Source: an uncultured Candidatus Saccharibacteria bacterium (GTDB lineage: Bacteria > Patescibacteriota > Dojkabacteria > B142 > OLB20). Taken from it: a DNA stretch of 64,000 bases. The position numbers and the translations under genes were made by a program. Below the pieces are notes generated by a model. It did not search any database. It was not told the DNA's origin and saw nothing but the letters and a program-made list of their open reading frames with translations. The stretch is from NCBI GenBank assembly GCA_964420145.1, contig CAYQRB010000002.1, forward strand, positions 4,056 through 68,055, given 5' to 3'. This document shows, one piece after another, positions 40,239 through 47,462 of the stretch. Position 1 is the first letter of the stretch; each line of letters begins with the position of its first letter.

Positions 40239-40936
40239 TGTAAGTATTTTTGTCTTGTGGGTTCAGGAAATCTTTCAATTGTATATCGTAACATGGTTCT
40301 AGGCATATCTATACAGTTTTTATCCAAAAACTTGGTAAGTACAGCCATATCTCTTTTTCCTATCTCTCTAAGCATCCAGCCAGAAGCTTTATGCATTAGG
40401 TCGTGTTTATGTGTTAGAAATATTTCTGCAAGTTTAATTGTATCTGTAAATTGATGGTGTTTGATATAGTGAAATGTGGCAATAATTGAAATTCTTTGAT
40501 GCCAAAGTTTTTGAGTATGAGCTAGTTTATATAGTAGTTTACGATCTTTATCCATTAAAAATTCTCCTAGAATCTCGGCAGAAACATCTACCAAATCCCA
40601 GTTGTTTACCTGATCCAAATATTTTAAATAAAAGTCTATTAGTTGTTTTCTTTCGTGTTCTATTTTTGTTTTTTGAAATTTATTAACTAAGATAATAAGT
40701 GAAGCAAGCCTATATTCGTGAACTTCGTCCATCACTACTTTTTGTAGCTCAGATAAAGAGATGTTTTGAAAATTTTTGGTAACAGCTCTTATCTTTGGTA
40801 CTGTAATACCTATAAATTTATCACCTTCGGCGTATTCCCCCTTTTGGGTTTTAAAAAATCTTTGAGAAAAAACCGCTTTTTGTGGATCTGCAAGTGATGA
40901 TAGTTTTTGGATAAGGTTAGTAGCCGTTTGATCCAT
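40208..40936 (-). CDS. DNA alkylation repair protein (AlkD/AlkC-like HEAT-repeat glycosylase family)
   Basis: ADPQKAVFSQRFFKTQKGEYAEGDKFIGITVPKIR fits the DNA_alkylation (PF08713) N-terminal pattern. All-helical, 242 aa. Confidence 0.7.
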   Translation of the reverse strand: MDQTATNLIQKLSSLADPQKAVFSQRFFKTQKGEYAEGDKFIGITVPKIRAVTKNFQNISLSELQKVVMDEVHEYRLASLIILVNKFQKTKIEHERKQLIDFYLKYLDQVNNWDLVDVSAEILGEFLMDKDRKLLYKLAHTQKLWHQRISIIATFHYIKHHQFTDTIKLAEIFLTHKHDLMHKASGWMLREIGKRDMAVLTKFLDKNCIDMPRTMLRYTIERFPEPTRQKYLQCKKRQRKIT

Positions 40937-40977
40937 TATAATTTATTCAAATCTTGGTCAAGATAATTTGTCTGATT

Positions 40978-41051
40978 TGGAGCAGGATACGAGAATCGAA
41001 CTCGCGACTCATCCTTGGGAAGGATGCGTATTACCTCTATACTAATCCTGC
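40978..41051 (-). tRNA. tRNA-Gly (anticodon CCC), CCA encoded
   Basis: Reverse complement GCAGGAT-TA-GTAT-AGAGGTA-ATAC-G-CATCC-TTCCCAA-GGATG-AGTC-GCGAG-TTCGATT-CTCGT-ATCCTGC-T-CCA folds as a canonical cloverleaf. Confidence 0.85.
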
Positions 41052-41067
41052 ATAGAAGGTATTATAC

Positions 41068-41904
41068 TTAAATTTGCTTAGGTATTGAAATATTAAAATA
41101 CTCACAAAAATCTAGGTATGAAATAGTTCGGTCTTGATCTTCCAGATAGTTTTTTAGTTTAAGATGACTATCTTGTTGATAAGGGAAACATTCCTTTGCT
41201 GTTGTTGTATTAAACTGAAAATTTAGTAAGGTGGTTCGTTGAGTTTCCAAGAATGACCTAAAATTGGTTTGAGTAGATGTATATCCTAGTTCCTGAGCTA
41301 ACTTAACAGTATTTATAAAAAACTCACTACTTCCTAGACTAGCCACATCTGCGTCTTGAATATATTGAGTCATGAGTTGTTGTCTGTTTTTGTCCCTCTC
41401 ATCCCACGGAGATCCTATTGGTCGATAAATCCCCTGATTTGTAATTTGTGTATGAGTAGAGAGGATTAACCATTGTATTAAATTCCCATCTGCAGGGGTC
41501 AGCCCTTGAGAGGTTAGTTGGTTGACTGCTAATCTACCGCTCTCTGCCTCGTTGTTAATGAGATTACTAGGATTTTCTAATACTGTATCATGATAGCAGG
41601 CTCCCATTATAACCAAAGCAAGTTCATCATCTGTGAGTTTTTCTTCTCCTATTGCATTTAAATTCATATAGATGATGTTGGTAACAACAGTTAGGGTATG
41701 CTCTAAATTATGATAAGGTTTTTCGGGTTTCCTTGTAATAATTTCAGCACTATCTTGTAGAGCAAAACCAACTAGATGGTTTTGATTTATAAGGTTTTCA
41801 AGTGCTTCTTGGATATTAACTCCTATTCCCTCAGGGTAAATACCAAAGATATTTTTGGGTTGTTCAAATACATTTTCTGACATAGTGTATTTTAGCAAAA
41901 ACAA
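41068..41904 (-). CDS. HD-domain metal-dependent phosphohydrolase
   Basis: H...HD spacing (YHNLEHTLTV ... ACYHDTV). 278 aa. Flanked by two tRNA-Gly genes. Confidence 0.55.
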   Translation of the reverse strand: MFLLKYTMSENVFEQPKNIFGIYPEGIGVNIQEALENLINQNHLVGFALQDSAEIITRKPEKPYHNLEHTLTVVTNIIYMNLNAIGEEKLTDDELALVIMGACYHDTVLENPSNLINNEAESGRLAVNQLTSQGLTPADGNLIQWLILSTHTQITNQGIYRPIGSPWDERDKNRQQLMTQYIQDADVASLGSSEFFINTVKLAQELGYTSTQTNFRSFLETQRTTLLNFQFNTTTAKECFPYQQDSHLKLKNYLEDQDRTISYLDFCEYFNISIPKQI

Positions 41905-42096
41905 GTGGATTTGATAAGATCAGTTGCAGGTTAATAAATGGAGAAAAGTGATTAGGTTTAACTATTCGGAAATAGCAAGATCTTGAGTGAGTTTTTATTT
42001 GGGATTAGGATTTAATTTTACAACAGTGAGGAAGATATAGATATTCAAGCCTTTTTAACTAAATGTGTACAGACATATAATGAAATCTGTATAGTT

Positions 42097-42172
42097 TGGA
42101 GCGGCGAACCGGGGTCGAACCGGCGACCTTCTCGTTGGCAACGAGACGTTCTACCAACTGAACTACCGCCGC
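42097..42172 (-). tRNA. tRNA-Gly (anticodon GCC), CCA encoded
   Basis: Reverse complement GCGGCGG-TA-GTTC-AGTTGGTA-GAAC-G-TCTCG-TTGCCAA-CGAGA-AGGTC-GCCGG-TTCGACC-CCGGT-TCGCCGC-T-CCA. Confidence 0.85.
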
Positions 42173-42525
42173 TTAGGTATGAATTATTATAGAAAGAACA
42201 TTGAAATTTTACTAGATTTGTTGATTATATACAATCGATTGATATTTTTCATACCCAATACGATAGTTTTTTATGCCAGTTTTGATCTTAAAGAATATTT
42301 CTTTTCCTAGTAGATTTCTTGTAAGATTTATCCCTGTATCCCCTATTGCCGTCCATGTACCTATAAGGTTTATATAGGTAGAAGAAATCACTATTCTTAC
42401 AATACAAGTTCCTTTTAACTTACTACATTTAAAATAGCTTGCATAATCATTAAAACTTATAAAGAGATTTGTATAATTTAGGTATAACAAAGATAGTCTA
42501 TACGATTGGGTTGTTGTGCAGAAGT

Positions 42526-43983
42526 CTATTTAATCAAATACTCATAAATATCTCTTTGTGGTAGCGTGGCTCCAGCTATTTCTTTGCCATAGATAATAAC
42601 CTTAGAAGCGTTAAGACCTAATCCTCCATACGGAAGAAACCCCCTTTCGGTTTTATGAAGATCTGTGTTATAGATAATACTTTCGTGTGTATGTAGACCC
42701 TTAGTAACTAAAGTTTTTATATATTCTGATTCTCCGAAAACTGTTACATACATAGCATTGGGTCTATATTGTGGGTTTTCAAAATATGTTGATAAGTCCG
42801 TATCGTCTTTGTATGGTTGGATCATAATAATTGGGGCAAAGTATTCTTTAAGAGCAGGGCCCAAAGATAGTGGTTTTATGAATACTGTCGGGTAAATCAT
42901 ATTCTTGCGAATATTAATATCTCCTCCGTAGATACAAAACTCTTTGTCTTTGTCTAAGATAGTAAGGGTTGGTAGTAATGCATCGGGATTACTATTTGGG
43001 CCGACAATTGTTTTCTTATCTTTATACTCTCCAACCAAAGGTTCAATTTCTTTTAGTTTTTTTAATAGTGCTGTTTTATATTTAGGCAAAACAGATTCTT
43101 GGACAAGGATAGAATTAGGGGCTGCACAATCTTGTCCTTGATTTTGGAGAGTTACTCTTAGTGTACTCTCAACAGCATTTTGTATATTAGCTGTGTTGGT
43201 AACAACAATAGGGTTATGACCAGCTCCGTTCAATATAAATAATTTTGGCTTGTATTGTTGATAAACCCTTTTTCCATTTATAGGATTCCCAGTAAAGATA
43301 ACAACATCAACGGCTGGTTGAGTTAATTTGTAGTATGAAGGTCGATCTCCCATAAAAACATTTAAATTTGGGAAAAACTTATCTAATTTCAATACCTCTT
43401 TTAACTTTGAAAAATGTACTTGGACGATCTCCGGGGGTCTAACATATGTACTTTCCGACATAAATGATGGGACGATACCAAAGCAAACCAGTGCATATAG
43501 TGGTTGGTTCAGTGGTAGAAATGTTACTATTTTATTTACTTTTTTCTTAAAATATTCCTTGTTTTGATCTAAATTATTTAAATGATCAATAGATCTATCT
43601 ATTTCATCCAGAATGACATTATATGTTTCAAAATTTTCTAAAGCTTTGACAATTTCTTTCTTATTAACTTTAAGATGTTTTGCAAATGTTTGTGCTGTAA
43701 GAAATACTTTGTTGAAATTAATTGGTAGTTGGGATCCTTGATCTAATTGATTTACTCTAAAGTCCACAGATACTTCTTGTCTAATCAAATCTGCGAATTT
43801 AGGTATTTCGGATCTTTCGATATGCTTAACGACTAAAGTTTCGAACTCATCTTCATATACTAGATTTGATATCCTTTTTCCTAAGTAGTTTTGAATATTA
43901 TCTTTTGTAGAATCTTGAAGACCAGAAAAATTAATGATATATAAATTTCTGCCACGATATACAAGTTTACCCGGAGTGATCAT
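42526..43983 (-). CDS. Divergent aldehyde dehydrogenase superfamily protein (ALDH/LuxC-like acyl-CoA reductase)
   Basis: FTGNP..., ILNGAGHNPIVV (ELGG-like), the catalytic Cys context NQGQDCAAPNSILVQES and C-terminal PYGGLGLNASK. 485 aa. Confidence 0.6.
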   Translation of the reverse strand: MITPGKLVYRGRNLYIINFSGLQDSTKDNIQNYLGKRISNLVYEDEFETLVVKHIERSEIPKFADLIRQEVSVDFRVNQLDQGSQLPINFNKVFLTAQTFAKHLKVNKKEIVKALENFETYNVILDEIDRSIDHLNNLDQNKEYFKKKVNKIVTFLPLNQPLYALVCFGIVPSFMSESTYVRPPEIVQVHFSKLKEVLKLDKFFPNLNVFMGDRPSYYKLTQPAVDVVIFTGNPINGKRVYQQYKPKLFILNGAGHNPIVVTNTANIQNAVESTLRVTLQNQGQDCAAPNSILVQESVLPKYKTALLKKLKEIEPLVGEYKDKKTIVGPNSNPDALLPTLTILDKDKEFCIYGGDINIRKNMIYPTVFIKPLSLGPALKEYFAPIIMIQPYKDDTDLSTYFENPQYRPNAMYVTVFGESEYIKTLVTKGLHTHESIIYNTDLHKTERGFLPYGGLGLNASKVIIYGKEIAGATLPQRDIYEYLIK

Positions 43984-44008
43984 TTGAATTATAACTGAAG
44001 ATATAAAA

Positions 44009-44087
44009 TGGTGGGCCCTCTAGGACTCGAACCTAGATACATCAGATAAAGAATCTGTTACTTTCCCTATTTTTAAGCTAAAGACCC
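44009..44087 (-). tRNA. Atypical tRNA, apparent anticodon CUU (Lys); possibly degenerate
   Basis: Reverse complement GGGTCTT-TA-GCTT-(11-nt D-loop)-AAGT-A-ACAGA-TTCTTTA-TCTGA-TGTAT-CTAGG-TTCGAGT-CCTAG-AGGGCCC-A-CCA. The T-arm is perfect. The acceptor has two G·U pairs, the anticodon stem an A·A mismatch, and position 37 is U. Confidence 0.5.
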
Positions 44088-44223
44088 ACTTAATTCTGAA
44101 GGTAAGGGTATGCTACGATATAATCTATTGTTTAGTCAAGAGTAAAATTATATTTTAATCGTTGGTTGTGGTTGTTATTTATCGCAATCTACATTAAAAT
44201 TAACCATCTTTCAAAAACTCACT

Positions 44224-46191
44224 ATGGCACAATCATTTGATCTTATAGGACAAAGAAATATTCGTATTGAAAAAGCTAATAAGCTTAGGAAAATCGGAAT
44301 TAACCCCTACCCTTCTGTTTCCAGAAGAAATACAAGTACGCAAGAAGCTAGGGCTAGTTTTGAGGATAATGATGGAAAAAGCGTGGTAGTTGCAGGGAGA
44401 TTAATGTCTTGGAGGGAGCATGGTGGAGTAGTTTTTGGAAATGTTCAAGACCAAAGTGGATCTATCCAGCTATACATAAAGTCTGAAGTAATAGAAAAAA
44501 CGAACCCCAAAAAAGGAAATATAGGTTTTGAAGACCTACATCTCTTAGATATTGGTGATATTGTAGAGGCTGTGGGATCTGTTACTAAAACCCAAAAAGG
44601 GGAGATTTCTATTTTGGTATATGAACTACGACTTTTAACTAAGTCGATTAGGCCTCTACCCGACAAACGGAAAGGTTTACAGGATAAAGAGAAAATCTAC
44701 CGCCAAAGATATCTGGATATGATTATGAATCCTGATAAAAGATGGAGGTTTGTTAAAACAGCAGAGATTGTTTTTGCCATTAGAGAGTTTTTAAATAGTA
44801 AAGGTTTTTTAGAAATCAAAACACCAATCATTCAGCCATCTTACGGGGGTACACTTGCAAAACCTTTTCAAACACATGTAAATGCATTAAATACTGATTA
44901 TTATCTTGCTATTTCTCACGAACTGTACTTAAAAAGGCTTATCACTGCTGGTTTCGAAAATGTTTATAACATAACTGGGTATTTTAGAAATGAAGGAATT
45001 GATCGTACTCATAATCCAGAGTTCCAAATGGTTGAAACTATGACTGCTTTCAAAAACTATGAGTATAATATGGATTTAATTGAAGATTTATACAAGTATG
45101 TAGCTACCAAGGTTTTCAATAAAACAGAATTTGAGATAGCAGGACATTCTATAGACTTTAGTAAAGATTGGCCCAGGATTAAAATGATAGATGCTGTTAA
45201 AACATATGCCAGACACGATTTTAATAAGATTCAAACTATAGCAGAAGCACACAAGATACTCTCCCTAGAAGGGATAAACTCAAAACCAAAAACGATTTCA
45301 GAGTCAATGGTAGAGATTTTTAAGGAAAAAGTTGAAAGTAAGTTAATAGAGCCGACCTTTATTTATGGTCATCCAGTGGAAATTTCTCCATTAGCCAAAC
45401 GAATGGATTCTGACTCTCGGTTTGTAGAACGATTTGAGATTTTTATTGGAGGAATAGAAGGAGGAGATAACTGGACTGAGTTAAATGATCCAGTAGAGTT
45501 ATTTGCTAGGTTCAAAGATCAATTTGACCGTAGAGATAATGGAGATGAAGAAGCCCACCCAATGGATATTGACTTCTTAGAAACTATGGAATACGGAATG
45601 CCTCCAACAACCGGTCTAGGGCCAGGCATTGAAAGGTTGGCTATGATGCTTACTGATACAGAATACATAGATGATGTATTGTTTTTCCCTATGATGCGTC
45701 CTGCACAAATTACAAAGTCTCAGACGGAAATATATGGGGAAAAATATGTACAAGGTTCAACCAAAAGCTCGAAGCAAGATTTTAGTAAAAAGATGGTGAT
45801 TGTAGTAAATAAAGAAGTTAAAGGCTGGCAGTTAACCAACACCATTGCTCATATCTCAGCATATTTAGGCAATAAAATCCCACAAGCTCAATTTCAGTCC
45901 AGGGATAAGTTTATTCTCAAAGACGGAGAAATTAACTCCAACTCCCAATATGGGATTGTTACTCTAACCGCAGGACCCGCTCAACTCAAAAACTTGCTAG
46001 AAAGGATAGAAGAAACAGGGCTTCCTCATCTGGTTTTTGTAGATGAAATGATAGAGATGGGTAACGACGATGAACTCAGTGATAACCTATCACAAAAAGC
46101 TAAATCAGAACTGAATTATCTAGGAATTGGAGTGTTTGGAAATGTTGATGAAGTTGAGAAACTTACAAAAAAATTTAGCCTGTACAAATAA
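44224..46191 (+). CDS. lysS: Lysine-tRNA ligase (class II) with a roughly 160-aa C-terminal extension
   Basis: N-terminal OB anticodon-binding domain, class II motifs (...FRNEGIDRTHNPEFQMVE...GLGPGIERLAMMLTDT...FPMMRP), then an extra KKMVIVVNKEVKGWQLTNTIAHISAYLG... domain. Confidence 0.9.
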   Translation: MAQSFDLIGQRNIRIEKANKLRKIGINPYPSVSRRNTSTQEARASFEDNDGKSVVVAGRLMSWREHGGVVFGNVQDQSGSIQLYIKSEVIEKTNPKKGNIGFEDLHLLDIGDIVEAVGSVTKTQKGEISILVYELRLLTKSIRPLPDKRKGLQDKEKIYRQRYLDMIMNPDKRWRFVKTAEIVFAIREFLNSKGFLEIKTPIIQPSYGGTLAKPFQTHVNALNTDYYLAISHELYLKRLITAGFENVYNITGYFRNEGIDRTHNPEFQMVETMTAFKNYEYNMDLIEDLYKYVATKVFNKTEFEIAGHSIDFSKDWPRIKMIDAVKTYARHDFNKIQTIAEAHKILSLEGINSKPKTISESMVEIFKEKVESKLIEPTFIYGHPVEISPLAKRMDSDSRFVERFEIFIGGIEGGDNWTELNDPVELFARFKDQFDRRDNGDEEAHPMDIDFLETMEYGMPPTTGLGPGIERLAMMLTDTEYIDDVLFFPMMRPAQITKSQTEIYGEKYVQGSTKSSKQDFSKKMVIVVNKEVKGWQLTNTIAHISAYLGNKIPQAQFQSRDKFILKDGEINSNSQYGIVTLTAGPAQLKNLLERIEETGLPHLVFVDEMIEMGNDDELSDNLSQKAKSELNYLGIGVFGNVDEVEKLTKKFSLYK

Positions 46192-46303
46192 ACTTATACA
46201 AGTAAATGTCCTATCAATACGGTTTATAGTAATAACTCTTGTGGCGAGTATTGATCAAAAAATGGTCATTTATTTATATGATGAGATTGGGCAGTTTTAG
46301 TTA

Positions 46304-46615
46304 TTACTTAAGCAATCTCCATCTGTTCGCAAATACCGTCATGCTTGCTTTAGCTTCTCCTTCATTGTTTAGGTAAGCGTCAGCTTCTGGTCTGCCTTCA
46401 ACCATTACATAATCACCCTTCTTTACCTGACCTGCCTTTTCAAAAGATTTGTTGAATATCAGGATATTATAAAAACTTGTGCGTTCTTGTTTGTCTGTAC
46501 CAAGATATTCATTAACCGCAACTGCAAACTTAGCATAGTTTTTTCCTTCTTTGCTAGCAAGAAGTTCGCCGTCTTTGGTAGCGCGTCCTAGCACGATTAG
46601 TTGTTGCATGGACAT
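46304..46615 (-). CDS. ssb: Single-stranded DNA-binding protein (short; OB fold without the acidic tail)
   Basis: LIVLGRATKDGELLASKEGKNYAKFAVAVNE...TSFYNILIFNK...GDYVMVEGRP matches the SSB OB-fold pattern. 103 aa. Confidence 0.75.
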   Translation of the reverse strand: MSMQQLIVLGRATKDGELLASKEGKNYAKFAVAVNEYLGTDKQERTSFYNILIFNKSFEKAGQVKKGDYVMVEGRPEADAYLNNEGEAKASMTVFANRWRLLK

Positions 46616-46715
46616 AATTAAAAATATAAAAAATAAATTAGCTAATTTTAACCAGTAGTTCTGGCAAATTTCTGAAATAAGGTAAAAATAGAAAATTTAT
46701 AATTTAAGGAGAAAA

Positions 46716-47375
46716 CTATTCTATTATGTTTTTTAGTTCTGTTATGTCTGTACTCCAAGTTCGCCTGTTTGACCACTCAAGACCTTTGAATTGTAGTTTA
46801 TATTTATCGGCTGGTTTTGTAACAGAACCAAGGTAAACAAAGGTCTTTTTTTCTATATTAGCCTTTTGAATAGCAAGCAACATCATCCCCATCCCGTAGT
46901 TTTTATTAAACTCTACAAGATCATAGAACGGATACGCATAATGCAAAATTTTCCCGGTTTCAAAACATATCGCATATCCTACTTTCTTACTATTAAAACT
47001 ATAGATTAAAAGCGAATTATAATTACTCTTAAATGGGTTTGTAAGGAGTTCTCTGGCTTTATTAACCGTGAAAGTGCGACTACCAAACTTTGTCTCATAG
47101 AAATATTTTGCTAGTTTTGATATTTCCCAATCATAATCTTCAAAAGACAATGGTAATGTTTGAGTAGTCACCTCCAACCCTTCGATATGTTTTAACACCC
47201 TCTTGTTCTCACTACTTAACTCAAACTCTGACAACCGTATTCGTAGAGATCTGGTTTGGTTCATAACACCTTTGTTTATCCGTGTAAACACATAGCCATC
47301 AGCATATTTTTTTTCTATAGTATTTTGTGAGAGATCACTAAGAACGATTTGATCAGTCTTGTAGTAGCTAGACAT
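46716..47375 (-). CDS. Aminoacyl-tRNA-protein transferase-like protein (ATE/Bpt family, GNAT-like fold)
   Basis: C-terminal ...SVYSF...FVYLGSVTKPADKYKLQFKGLEW resembles the ATE_C/Bpt pattern (YlGY....kmrYK..F.P.E). Confidence 0.5.
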   Translation of the reverse strand: MSSYYKTDQIVLSDLSQNTIEKKYADGYVFTRINKGVMNQTRSLRIRLSEFELSSENKRVLKHIEGLEVTTQTLPLSFEDYDWEISKLAKYFYETKFGSRTFTVNKARELLTNPFKSNYNSLLIYSFNSKKVGYAICFETGKILHYAYPFYDLVEFNKNYGMGMMLLAIQKANIEKKTFVYLGSVTKPADKYKLQFKGLEWSNRRTWSTDITELKNIIE

Positions 47376-47462
47376 TGTAGTTAGAGTAAATATAGATTTA
47401 TTAGATTATCACAATAAATCATAAAGAGTGTAAACCTTTTTGTCTTTTAAGTTTATTTAAAA

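Noticed and set aside
42212-42490. 92-aa ORF between tRNA-Gly(GCC) and the ALDH-like gene
   Set aside because: Low-complexity, Ile/Tyr/Asn-rich translation in an AT-rich spacer with no start context or motif. More likely non-coding leader or spacer.
44009-44087. Amber-suppressor (CUA) tRNA that could explain the in-frame TAG codons
   Set aside because: All six tRNA-like genes were read by hand. The anticodons are CCC, GCC, CUU, CGU, GAA and UAC, and no loop contains CUA in anticodon position. A suppressor could still exist elsewhere in the genome.
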